From: an uncultured delta proteobacterium | Lineage (GTDB): Bacteria > Desulfobacterota > Binatia > JACPRU01 | Reading direction: 5' to 3' | NCBI GenBank assembly: GCA_963745025.1 | Contig: CAVUWD010000002.1 | Location: 32,001 to 96,000, forward strand | DNA: 64,000 nucleotides | Part shown: positions 49,459 through 58,864 of the stretch, in pieces | How the letters are laid out: every line of letters begins with the position of its first letter | Numbering within the stretch: position 1 is the first letter of the stretch | Position numbers and translations under genes: made by a program | The notes under the pieces: model-generated | What the model was told of the DNA's origin: nothing | Databases searched by the model: none | The model's input: only the letters and a program-made list of their open reading frames with translations

Positions 49459-50769
49459 ATGCGCCTCTACCGCGGCTTGAAGACCCCCTACCGGCCCGAG
49501 CGAGTCGGGGGGACGGGCCGCTTCTTCGGCACGGACTTCACGGATTGTCCCTTCACGGCTCTGCAATACGCTTCGGGACGCGGAGGGGAGGTGTTGGTCC
49601 TCGACGTCGATCCCGAGGCCGGCCCGAAGATCAGCGAAGAACTCTGGCCCGGGACGCGGGCCAGACGCCTGATGGTTTGGGGAAGGTTCGACGAGCTGCT
49701 GGCCGGGATATTTCCCGCAGCGCAACTCCGCGCCGAGGTGCGCAGGAAAGGAATCGCCGGTCGGCCGGACGAGTACAAAGCGTACGTGCTGAAGAGCTTC
49801 ATCGACAAAGAGCTGAGCGAACGGGGGCCGCAGGGCTTCCCGAACCCGGCCGTCTTACGCCGCTCATCCACCACGCGGGAAAGGTCGCGCTCGGCACGCG
49901 GTCGTCTCACCACGTCGACCGTTGCCGAGGACGGCCGTCTCGTGCCGTGGCTGGCTGCTACCGGGCCGCTCTCCTACACTCCGGAGAACCCGCCCGACCG
50001 CGACTACTACTTCCAGTACGGTTGGATCATTCCGGATATCCTCGCCGACGGAACGAACCGGCGCCGGCATTACTTCTTCGGTGCCTCGCGCAAGGACGCG
50101 AGGCACCTCTTCTCCTTCTGGAGGGCAGCCCGGGAGCACAGCCCAACGCGCCTGGCGTTGTGTTTTGGAACCGTCGACGCGGAAGCCGTGACGGCACCGA
50201 TCGCCGTCTACGCTGCGCCGCCGGCCTACCCCCGCGGACCAGCCTGCGTCTTCATGCAACACGGCAGCTACCAGATCGTCGAGGCGGCGGACCAGCCGCT
50301 CCTCGGGTCCGATGAGGTCGTCCTGTATCGCGGCCTCGGGGATGCCCGGCTCTTTCAGACGGGGGATCTCGACGCCCGGGACCGATGCGTTTGGCGCTGC
50401 TACGTTCGAGTGCAGGCGGATGTGCTGTCCGACTCGGTGCGCTCGTTCAACTCGATCCACGACCGCGCGAAGAGGTGCGAGACCGGGTACATCCGCGATC
50501 GGACGTGGATGAGCGACGACCTTGCCCGCCGGCACGGGCTCGACATCGACGGCGACGGATTCGCCCGCGACCTCTGGAAAGCGACACACCAGAGCTTCTC
50601 GCTCGCCCGGTGGGTGGCCGAGCGCAAGTTTGGGCCCCACTACGTCGTCTGTAGGACGCCGCTCGACAACATCCGCCTCACGACGTTCTTTGCCGGAGAG
50701 CACGAGGTGCGCATCATCTCCCCGGACCGGGTCGTCCTTCTCGAGAGACACGGTTGTCGAGTCGGGTAA
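49459..50769 (+). CDS. Hypothetical protein with two ADP-ribosyltransferase-like domains
   Basis: N-terminal LYRG..TDFTD..ALQYA; C-terminal LYRG..SFS..AERKF..EHEV (R-S-ExE). Confidence 0.6.
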   Translation: MRLYRGLKTPYRPERVGGTGRFFGTDFTDCPFTALQYASGRGGEVLVLDVDPEAGPKISEELWPGTRARRLMVWGRFDELLAGIFPAAQLRAEVRRKGIAGRPDEYKAYVLKSFIDKELSERGPQGFPNPAVLRRSSTTRERSRSARGRLTTSTVAEDGRLVPWLAATGPLSYTPENPPDRDYYFQYGWIIPDILADGTNRRRHYFFGASRKDARHLFSFWRAAREHSPTRLALCFGTVDAEAVTAPIAVYAAPPAYPRGPACVFMQHGSYQIVEAADQPLLGSDEVVLYRGLGDARLFQTGDLDARDRCVWRCYVRVQADVLSDSVRSFNSIHDRAKRCETGYIRDRTWMSDDLARRHGLDIDGDGFARDLWKATHQSFSLARWVAERKFGPHYVVCRTPLDNIRLTTFFAGEHEVRIISPDRVVLLERHGCRVG

Positions 50770-50875
50770 CCTGCTGCACAGGATGCGGCGACGTTCGACA
50801 TCAGCGCTCGCGGCAGGCAGAGATCGGAACGAGCTGGCTGTACTCTCGAGCGTCGCCGGGGCTGATCAAGCACCT

Positions 50876-51152
50876 GTGAGCAGGCAACGGAAGCGACGAG
50901 GCCACTTCTGCTGGTCGTGTGGCCGGATCAGGGCGAACGAACGGTTCTCGGGCACCGGACGCGCTCGCCATCTCTGCAAGGATTGCTCGAAGCTCGGCAA
51001 GGATGAGCTCGCTTACCGCCAGGGCTCTCCGTGACATCGAGCGCATGGTCGACTGGAGCGGCCTCATCCGCAGGAAGCAGAGAGAGAGCTTCGAGCGGTT
51101 CCTCTTGCATCCTGACGAGCGAGTCAGCCGGAGAACGAAATCCCCGCGGTGA
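50876..51152 (+). pseudogene. Small CxxC/CxxC zinc-binding protein, frameshifted or truncated
   Basis: GHFCWSCGR..NERFSG..HLCKDC. Confidence 0.45.
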
Positions 51153-51190
51153 ACCTGCTCGGGAAGATCGATCAGTTGCCGGATCAGCAT
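51122..51190 (-). pseudogene. pglY: N-terminal stub resembling the BREX-2/Pgl ATPase PglY
   Basis: MLIRQLIDLPEQVHRGDFVLRLT immediately after the DUF5615 stop. Confidence 0.55.
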
Positions 51191-51544
51191 TCAGATCTCT
51201 TCGTCCTCCGGTCGGGCCAACGCCAGGAGCGCCTCCTCTGTGTCGGCCACGAACCGCTCGAGCCGCCGTCGATTCTCGAGAAGGAGCTTCCGAATCGCGC
51301 TCGTACCCGCATTGCCAACCATCAGCCACACGACCTTGGGCGGCGCTCCATGGATGGAGGCCAGCTCGCGAAAGTCGGAGTCCTTCGAAACCAGGACATA
51401 GTCATGATCACGGACGAAGCTCCAGATTCGATCGTCGCGCTCGCCGTGGAGCCCGACCTGATCCACGTGCCGGCTACCCGGGTACTCCGCCGCGAGCTGA
51501 TCGACGAGGGTTGGGCTCAGGTTCTCGTCGAGAAGCAGCTTCAC
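51191..51544 (-). CDS. DUF5615 (Mut7-C/PIN-like) toxin
   Basis: MKLLLDENLS, DDRIW, VSKDSDF, PPKVVWL..GN. Confidence 0.9.
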   Translation of the reverse strand: MKLLLDENLSPTLVDQLAAEYPGSRHVDQVGLHGERDDRIWSFVRDHDYVLVSKDSDFRELASIHGAPPKVVWLMVGNAGTSAIRKLLLENRRRLERFVADTEEALLALARPEDEEI

Positions 51545-51777
51545 CCGCCGCCCGAGGCTCGAAGATGGCGCTCACGCCGCTCGCGAGCGGCCGCGAAAGC
51601 GAGGGCGGCGCGAATGTGTTCGGGCTTGAGGCTCGGAAAATCCTTGACGATCTGCTCCTCCGTCATGCCCCCGGCCAGATACTCGAGGATGTCGGAGACG
51701 GTAATGCGGGTCCCCTTGATGCAGGGCTTGCCGCTGCGAACACCTGGCGTGACCGTGATGTGCTCTTCGAATCGCAT
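51541..51777 (-). CDS. DUF433 antitoxin
   Basis: PGVRSGKPCIKGTRITVSDILEYLAGGM..DFP.L..IRAAL. Confidence 0.92.
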   Translation of the reverse strand: MRFEEHITVTPGVRSGKPCIKGTRITVSDILEYLAGGMTEEQIVKDFPSLKPEHIRAALAFAAARERRERHLRASGGG

Positions 51778-52181
51778 GGCTATTTCGGAGGTTACGACCG
51801 CCCGTGGGCGGTTTGCAAGTGCTACCGGCGCACGGAGCGCCACGGGAGAAGCTCCGCGGTACTCGGCGGCAAGGCGCCCGCAGGGCTCGGCAAGGACGCG
51901 TCTATCACGCGCTTCGCAATCTCGAACGTTCACCCGAAGAGCGCCTGCGGCGCGCGTTGATCTGTGGCCGACTCCGCGCTGACCGAGCCTGAGCGCCGGT
52001 TCCTTCGGGAGCAACGGAATCCGATACTCCTCGTTGAAGCAGCTCTTCGGCGGCCGGCGCTCCACCCAGCGCCGCGACCTGGTTTTCATCTAATCGGGCG
52101 CAAAGAAGCGCCGCCACCTTGGGTCCGTGGAGGACCTGTGCCAGTCTCCGCCGACCGCGTGACGTAACGGAGGGACTCTCT

Positions 52182-53108
52182 ATGGCGCAGCCGCAATCCG
52201 GAATCGTTCCCGAACCGAGCGCCAGCGCGCTCTTCCTGATCCTCCGCGTCCGCGACCCAGCGGCGAACCGCATGGCAGTGGGCGGCGTCTTGGCGCAGAC
52301 ACCTCGGCTCGCAGCTAAGGTCGCTGCACTCGATCGGCGCGCCAGGCTCGTCTGCACAGCTAGCATCGGCCCGGAGTTCTGGGACGTGCTCTCGCCCGGC
52401 AAACGGCCGGCGGGACTTCGGCCCTTCAAGGCGATCGACGCCGGAGCGCTGAGCGCTCCAAATACCGGCGGCGATCTCCTCTTCCACGTCATCTCCACTC
52501 GCCACGACCTGAACTTCGAGCTGGCGAGCCGGCTCAGGGCGGCGCTCGGCGAGCGGGTCGAGGTGACCCAGGAAGTGCACGGCTTCCGCTATCTGGACGG
52601 CCGCGACCTCACCGGGTTCATCGACGGCACCGCAAACCCGAAGGGGAAGGCGCGCGCCGCGGTCGCGCTGATCGGCGCGGAGGACCAGGCGTTCGCGGGC
52701 GGGAGCTACGTCTTCACGCAACGCTATGTCCACGACCTGGCTGGCTGGTCACGCCTCGGCACTGCGGAGCAGGAGGGAGCGGTCGGGCGGCGCAAGCGCG
52801 ATAGCAAGGAGCTTTCCGGCAGGGCGAAGCTCCCGACTGCGCACATCGGCCGGGTAGTCATCGAGGAGGGAGGCAAGGAGCTCGAGATCGTCCGCCACAG
52901 CTTCCCCTACGGCACGGTCAGCGAGGCGGGTCTCCTCTTCATCGCCTACACCAAGGCGCTCGATACAACCGAGAAGATGCTTGCCAGGATGTACGGCACC
53001 GCGGGTGACGGGCTCCGCGACCGCCTGATGGACTTCACTCGCGCGGTGTCGGGGGCGACCTTCTTTGCGCCCTCGCTCCAGGGGCTTTCGAGGCTCGGCA
53101 GGGGCTGA
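52182..53108 (+). CDS. DyP-type heme peroxidase
   Basis: GGDLLFH, RDLTGFIDGTANP, QRYVHDL, AHIGR, IVRHSFPYG. Confidence 0.93.
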   Translation: MAQPQSGIVPEPSASALFLILRVRDPAANRMAVGGVLAQTPRLAAKVAALDRRARLVCTASIGPEFWDVLSPGKRPAGLRPFKAIDAGALSAPNTGGDLLFHVISTRHDLNFELASRLRAALGERVEVTQEVHGFRYLDGRDLTGFIDGTANPKGKARAAVALIGAEDQAFAGGSYVFTQRYVHDLAGWSRLGTAEQEGAVGRRKRDSKELSGRAKLPTAHIGRVVIEEGGKELEIVRHSFPYGTVSEAGLLFIAYTKALDTTEKMLARMYGTAGDGLRDRLMDFTRAVSGATFFAPSLQGLSRLGRG

Positions 53109-53322
53109 GCGTGGCGACGACCACTCGTAACGAGATCGCGAAGGGCCAGACCGGAACGAAACACCTCGCTCTCCGAGCGCACGCCGATCGCGATGTCGCC
53201 GATCTCGATCGTCACGCCGCGGCGTACTTCCCGGCGGGTGGATTTCTTCGCCAACCATCGAAGTCGCAGCGTAGCGGGTTTGTGTGTGCGGCGACGGCTA
53301 GACTTCCCGCACAACGGGTCGC

Positions 53323-53360
53323 TTGACATCATGATGCCATCATACTAGGCATCGTGATGT
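53323..53360 (+). promoter_or_regulatory. TTGACA promoter box overlapped by a 13-bp inverted-repeat operator
   Basis: ACATCATGATGCC-N9-GGCATCGTGATGT abutting the GTG start. Confidence 0.7.
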
Positions 53361-53604
53361 GCGGACGACTCTGACTCTCGATGAAGACGTGGTTGCCCAG
53401 TTGCGGACCGAGACGCGGCGCACCGGCCGCTCCTTCAAAGAGATCGTCAACACCGTGTTGCGCCGGGGGTTGGCTTCCCAGAAGCAACGCGGCGCCCTGC
53501 CGCGCTTCGCGGTGAGGGCGCGGCCGCTGGGTCTGCGGCCGGGACTCGACTACGACAAGACGAGTGACCTACTCGAGCAGATCGAAGGGCCGCTGCGCCG
53601 CTGA
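53359..53604 (+). CDS. vapB: RHH/CopG-type antitoxin
   Basis: MRTTLTLDEDV..SFKEIVN.VLRRGL. Confidence 0.88.
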   Translation: MRTTLTLDEDVVAQLRTETRRTGRSFKEIVNTVLRRGLASQKQRGALPRFAVRARPLGLRPGLDYDKTSDLLEQIEGPLRR

Positions 53605-54029
53605 TCCTGATCGACGCAAATCTGCTGCTCTACGCGTACAATCCGTCTTTCGAGCGGCACGTGCGGGCGCGGCGGTGGCTCGAAGACGTCCTGTCGCGGC
53701 CGGAGCGTGTATGGCTCACCTGGGTCACGCTGCTCGCCTTCCTCCGAATCAGCACGAATTCGCGAGCCTTCGCACATCCTCTCGCGATCGACGAGGCGGT
53801 CGCGATCGTCTCTGCATGGCTGGAGCGACCGATGGTCGGGGTTTTGGAGCCGGGCGAGCGTCATTGGGAGATCCTCAAGCCGCTGTTGGTCGGCACGCCG
53901 GTCCGCGCCGCAGCGGTGATGGACGCTGAATTGGCGGCGATCGCGATCGAGCACGGCGTCGCGCTTCACACCACGGACCGTGACTTCAATCGGTTTGCAG
54001 GCCTGCGCGTCGTCGATCCGCTACGGTAG
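53601..54029 (+). CDS. vapC: PIN-domain toxin (apparent CTG start)
   Basis: LIDANLLLYA, FLRISTN, DAELAAIAIEHG, TTDRDF. Confidence 0.88.
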   Translation: MILIDANLLLYAYNPSFERHVRARRWLEDVLSRPERVWLTWVTLLAFLRISTNSRAFAHPLAIDEAVAIVSAWLERPMVGVLEPGERHWEILKPLLVGTPVRAAAVMDAELAAIAIEHGVALHTTDRDFNRFAGLRVVDPLR

Positions 54030-54148
54030 GGCGGGGTGCCTGAGATGCGTGCGCTCGACGGCGGGGCGTTCGCGCACACACGGGCGGTCGACGGCGTGCT
54101 GCCTCTCGCGCGAACCCCGGTCGGTTGACGGTGGGGCGAACGCGTCGC

Positions 54149-54579
54149 TCAACGTCGGACGTCGAGTGTCCGAAGCCCTTCCTCCTCAGCAGCCGTCAGC
54201 AGCCGGTCGTCGGAAGCGATGACGCGAACCTCCTCGCCTAGCTGCTGTTGGAGACAAATCGCGACGCGAGGTGAATCGCGTCGAAGCCACGCAGCGGGTG
54301 GCGCCGCACCAGGTCGCGAACGAGGAGCAGAAGCGGGTCGGCCAGATCGATCCGCACGTAGGCGCGCCATTCGCGGTCGAAAGTGCGCGACGTCGTGCGA
54401 TAGGCGGCCGTGGTGAGCGCCTTCTCGCGGAGCTTCCTCGCGAGTCCCGCGTGGACTTCGGCGTAGGCTACCTTGGAGGTAGCCATGAGGGGTTCCCCAG
54501 AGAGGACAGCGTCGACACGCTTCGAGCCCTGCTTTTCGACGAACCGCTTGATGAGCGCGCTGGTGTCGAAGTAGTTCAT
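54149..54579 (-). CDS. vapC: PIN-domain toxin (one frameshift)
   Basis: YFDTSALIK, YAEV, LRGFDAIHLAS / SDDRLLTAAEEEGL. Confidence 0.85.
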
Positions 54580-54871
54580 CGCCGTTCGGCGACGATTTCC
54601 TCCGAGAGGGGGCGACCGCTGATTCGGATGCGCCGGATCCGCGGCACCAGGCTTCCCTCGGGGGCGCTGACTTCACCCCGGGAGGAGAGCGCGGCGATCC
54701 GAGCCTCCAGGCTCTGCGGGGTTCCGGTCGAACCGATCGGTCGTATGACTGCGATCGGCTTTCCTCGCTCCGTCACGATCACCTCGTGGTTGGCCTTGGT
54801 GAGCTTCAGGTACGAGGTGAGGCGATTCTTTAGATCTCGCACTCCGACGCGACGGCTACCGAACGCTTCAT
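54576..54871 (-). CDS. vapB: Phd/YefM antitoxin (1-nt frameshift near the start)
   Basis: VGVRDLKNRLTSYL..VTERGKPIA. Confidence 0.85.
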
Positions 54872-54889
54872 GTAGCTACTGTAGCTACA
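54871..54889. promoter_or_regulatory. Tandem palindromic operator
   Basis: TGTAGCTAC-TGTAGCTACA adjacent to the ATG. Confidence 0.7.
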
Positions 54890-55087
54890 CGAAGATGCGA
54901 CCGTCAACTGAGAAAGCTGCGCACGAGCGGCGCATGGCTGCGAGTGTGAACTCGATCGTATGCGAGGCGACCCGATCAACCCGTGCGTGCAGTAGCCGCC
55001 ATGCGGGCCGTCGATTCAGGACTGCGCGAGGTCCGAGCGCATCCCCATGGCTAGCATGTTCGCCCGAGAGGCGGCGGCGCGCACGCC

Positions 55088-56317
55088 CTACGGTCCGTCC
55101 GACGCCGCGAAGCCGCGCCGCGCGGCTGATTCCGCCCCTGGGCCCTCGAAGAGCCGCACTTCGATGAGCCGCGACATCGCCTCCACCCGGCGGTCCCAAC
55201 TGTTCGTCTCCGCGACGGCACGGCGCTCGAGGCGGCGGGTCCGAGCATCTTCGGCGAGCGCGGCTTCGACCTGAGCGACGAACTCGTCGCGGGTCGCGCC
55301 GATGCGCACCACCGCCCCGTGCGTCTCGTTGAAGCGCCGCACCTCGGCGAGGTCGGTAGAGACGATGGGCTTCCCGAGCGCGAGGTACTCGTTGAGCTTG
55401 GCGGGCGAGATGTTGTTCGTGAATGCGTCGACGGCGTAGGGAATCAGGCAGACATCGAAGGCCCTGATGTAGTCGGGGATCAGTTCGTGCGGCTTGGCAC
55501 CGAGAAGGTGAACGTTCAGCAGGCCGCGGAGCTCCGTCATCGGCGCTTGTTCGGGGCCGACGAGCGCGAGCGTCGCATGCGGCAGACGGCGGCTCAGCTC
55601 CCGCAGCAACGGTTGATCGACGCATCGCCGCAGCCCCCCGGCCAGGCCGATCACGGGTCGCGGAAGCCCGGCCATGTCCTCGGGGACGGACGACTCGCCG
55701 CGCCACGCGCGCTCGAACTTCTCGAGACTGACTCCGATCGGAAAGAGCTGCGTCTCGGGATTGTATGCCCGGCAGTACTCGACGAGCCGGTCCGAACTTG
55801 CGAACACCAGGTCGACACGCTCGATCACCCGTCGCTCGTAGGGAAGAATGCGCCTCGCGGCGCGCGACGTCTCGGAGAGCTTGTCGGTGCAGTAGAAGAT
55901 CGAGAGCGATGGCGCAATCGCGTCCATCAGGTCGAGCGTGAACTGCGTGGGCAGGAACGTGAAGAGGATCGGGCGTTCGAACGCGTTGCGCCGAAGCCAG
56001 CGGCGGATCGAGCCGCAGACCAGCGCTCGGTTGATGCGCTGGGCGAGCGGCGAGTAGGGGAACGGAAGCGCGAGCGGCGAGTACAGCGCCACGTTATCTG
56101 CGACCGATCGAAAGCGCCCGCGGCCGCTCACCCACTTGCGCAGGCGTGCGAGCACTCGGTTGCGGTCCTTCCACCCGGGAGCGCGCACGCCGGTGTTCTC
56201 GATGAAGAGCACGCGATTGCCGGCCCGCGCCAGCACCGACATCACGCCTTGATGCTCCTGCCAGAGGAAATCCCAGTCGATCGTCGAGACGCAGACGATG
56301 TTTCGATCGCGGAGCAT
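55088..56317 (-). CDS. GT-B glycosyltransferase (TuaH/GumK-like)
   Basis: DWDFLWQEHQ, FYCTD, DVCLIPY..SPAKLNEYLALGKPIVST. Confidence 0.88.
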   Translation of the reverse strand: MLRDRNIVCVSTIDWDFLWQEHQGVMSVLARAGNRVLFIENTGVRAPGWKDRNRVLARLRKWVSGRGRFRSVADNVALYSPLALPFPYSPLAQRINRALVCGSIRRWLRRNAFERPILFTFLPTQFTLDLMDAIAPSLSIFYCTDKLSETSRAARRILPYERRVIERVDLVFASSDRLVEYCRAYNPETQLFPIGVSLEKFERAWRGESSVPEDMAGLPRPVIGLAGGLRRCVDQPLLRELSRRLPHATLALVGPEQAPMTELRGLLNVHLLGAKPHELIPDYIRAFDVCLIPYAVDAFTNNISPAKLNEYLALGKPIVSTDLAEVRRFNETHGAVVRIGATRDEFVAQVEAALAEDARTRRLERRAVAETNSWDRRVEAMSRLIEVRLFEGPGAESAARRGFAASDGP

Positions 56318-56486
56318 CGAGCGGTTATCGTGCGCCTCTGCCAACCAACCCCTTTACCCATGCCGCCACGACCCGATCCTCTCATGGACCGACCGCAGTC
56401 AGCTACGCACGCGGCTGCGCGGTCGAGAGAATCGTCACCCTCCTCGTGCTCTCCGAGGCTCTATGGTCCGCACGGCGCTGCCGCTT

Positions 56487-58670
56487 TCAGGCCGCGTCGC
56501 CGCCCTCCTTGCTCGTGAACGTATAGACTCCATCCCAGGCCTCGTCCGGGGGATTCTCGATCAGCAGCCGACAACGCTCCACGTAGATCCGCCCGGGAGT
56601 GTCGTCGGGATACTCGTTCATGAACGCTTCGAATCGCCGGAGCGCGAGCGGCCAGTCCCGCTCCTGGTATGCGCGCAGCGCGTCCTCGAACGCCGCGGTG
56701 AACGGGACGAGCAGCGCCGAGTCGCCCCGCTTCGCGAGCAACTCGAAGACGCGCACCGGCTGGCGCTTCCCCTTGACGCGGACCGAGTCGATCTCGCGCA
56801 GGAGGAACTCGTCGCCGATCGCATTGCGCGTGTTCTCGCCGATCAGGATGCGGGTGCCGTAGAGCTTGTTGCAGGCCTCGAGTCGTGAGGCCAGGTTCAC
56901 GGCGTCGCCCATCACGGTGTAGTTGAAGCGCCGCTGCGAGCCGATGTTGCCGACGACCATCGGACCGGTGTTGATGCCGACGCCGATGCGTAGGCGGGGG
57001 GTCCGCGGAAGGTCGGCTCCGCCATGCTCCGCGCCGCCGATCCGCCGCCACGCGTCCTGCAAGGACTCAAGGCAGCCCACCATGTCGAGCGCCGCCTGGC
57101 ATGCCTTGACGGCGTGGTCGGGAGTCGTCACCGGCGCGCCCCAGAGCGCCATGATCGCGTCACCGATGTACTTGTCGACGAGGCCATCGTGCCTGAAGAT
57201 TTCCTCGGTCATCGTGCCGAAGTACTCGTTCATGAACTCGACGAGCTTCTCGGCGTCCAACGCCTCGGACGCGGTCGTGAAGTCGCGCAGATCGGAGAAG
57301 AGGACGGTGAGATCCTTCTTCTCGCCGTGCAGGCGGAGCTGCGACGGATCCTCGCTCACCAGGCGCGCGACGCTCGGCTCGAGGTAGAGGTTGAAGGCGC
57401 TGCGGATGCGGTGCTTCTCGCGAACCTCGGTCATGTAGTGGAAGATACCGACGGCGCCGAATTGGGAGACGACCGACAAGGTCTGATAGACCATACCGAG
57501 CGGGATCCCTCGGCGGATGAACAGCAGCTGCGATGCGCCGAAGGACGCGGTGAGCGCGCCGAGCAGGAACAGGATGCTGCGGGTGCCCTTGAAAAACGTG
57601 AGCGCAATTCCGAGCGCGATCCCGGTGAAGAGGATGACGGCGATGTCGGCCGAGGCGAGCCAGCGCGGGACGACGATGAAGCGTCCGCGCAGCACGTCCT
57701 CGATGACGTTGGCATGGATCTCCACGCCCGGCGAGACGGGATCGAACGGCGTCGAGCGGATGTCGTAGGCGCCGGTCGCGGTCGTGCCGACGAGCAGGAT
57801 GCGGTCGCGCAGTGCGTCGCCTTGCACGCGCCCGGCCAGGACGTCCGCCGCGGAGAAGTGCGCGAACGTGTGGGCCGGGCCGGAGTAGTTCACCCAGAGG
57901 TTGCCGTCTGCGTCGACGGGGATGGGGATACCGGCGATCGCCACGCCGGCCACGCCGTCGTCGTCGAGCGCCATACCGAGGGTCGCGTTCCGTTGCGTGC
58001 GGCGGATCGCCTCGATGCTGAGGGGCGAGAGGATCTGCGGCCCGCGGCTTGGCGGGGCGTAGCGGATGCCGAGCGGGACGCGGCGGAAGATGCCGTCGTC
58101 GTCGGGGAGCATGTTGAAGTATCCGGCGCGCCTTGCGGCGGCGGCGATCTCGGGGATGTTGCCGACGACGCGAGGCGCCTTCGGCAGCCGCTCTTCGCCC
58201 GGAGATTTGCCGAGGCCCGGCTTCAGCAGATTGTAAGACGAGAGCCCGAACGGCGATTCGTGCTCGCCGAGCGAGGCGAAGTCGATGAAGTAGCCGAGCA
58301 CGACCTTGCCGGAGTCGCGGATCGCCTCGGCGAGCTTCGGGTCGTCGTCGGGCTGCGGCTCGGCGAAGACGATATCGAGAGCGATCGCGGCGGCGCCGAG
58401 GTCCGTGAGTTTGGTGACGAGGTCCGCCACTCGGGAGCGCGGCCAGGGCCAGCGGCCGAGCTCGGTCAGGCTCTTCTCGTCGATGCCGATGATTGCGACC
58501 TCGCCGCCGACGGCGAGCGGGCCGCGGAACTGCTGCCGGGCGTCGATGCCGCGAAGCTCGAGCATGTGGAGCGGGTGCGGGTCGAAGTAGCGGAGGAGCG
58601 CGAAGAAGAGCGCGAAGACGAGACAGAGCGAGAGGGCGTTGAGACGCAGGACGGTGGGCCAGCGAGTCAT
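56487..58670 (-). CDS. CHASE2-domain class III adenylate/guanylate cyclase
   Basis: IDEKSL..GRWPWPR, PGVEIHAN, three TMs, FSDLRDFT, DKYIGDAIMA, GDAVNLASRLE. Confidence 0.95.
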   Translation of the reverse strand: MTRWPTVLRLNALSLCLVFALFFALLRYFDPHPLHMLELRGIDARQQFRGPLAVGGEVAIIGIDEKSLTELGRWPWPRSRVADLVTKLTDLGAAAIALDIVFAEPQPDDDPKLAEAIRDSGKVVLGYFIDFASLGEHESPFGLSSYNLLKPGLGKSPGEERLPKAPRVVGNIPEIAAAARRAGYFNMLPDDDGIFRRVPLGIRYAPPSRGPQILSPLSIEAIRRTQRNATLGMALDDDGVAGVAIAGIPIPVDADGNLWVNYSGPAHTFAHFSAADVLAGRVQGDALRDRILLVGTTATGAYDIRSTPFDPVSPGVEIHANVIEDVLRGRFIVVPRWLASADIAVILFTGIALGIALTFFKGTRSILFLLGALTASFGASQLLFIRRGIPLGMVYQTLSVVSQFGAVGIFHYMTEVREKHRIRSAFNLYLEPSVARLVSEDPSQLRLHGEKKDLTVLFSDLRDFTTASEALDAEKLVEFMNEYFGTMTEEIFRHDGLVDKYIGDAIMALWGAPVTTPDHAVKACQAALDMVGCLESLQDAWRRIGGAEHGGADLPRTPRLRIGVGINTGPMVVGNIGSQRRFNYTVMGDAVNLASRLEACNKLYGTRILIGENTRNAIGDEFLLREIDSVRVKGKRQPVRVFELLAKRGDSALLVPFTAAFEDALRAYQERDWPLALRRFEAFMNEYPDDTPGRIYVERCRLLIENPPDEAWDGVYTFTSKEGGDAA

Positions 58671-58864
58671 GCGTCACGATTATCGTGTGGGAAGGGTTCG
58701 GCGGCAACCGGTCGTGGAGACGGCCTCTCTGGGGCTGAGGTGGATTCCTACGGCAGATCGTCGCGTTGCTCGGAGCGAGCGGCTCGGCCCCGCGGAATCG
58801 CTTCGTGACCCCTGAGCTTGCCGTGCTGGCCAGTCCGGTGTATCCCGGACGTTACCAGGGGAAG

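Noticed and set aside
52182-53108. Encapsulin cargo system
   Set aside because: No C-terminal targeting extension (GSLxIGSL-like) and no encapsulin gene nearby
41187-54890. Full integron cassette array explaining all TA modules
   Set aside because: attC-like ends were found only around the Doc pair; the other modules are in mixed orientation without such sites
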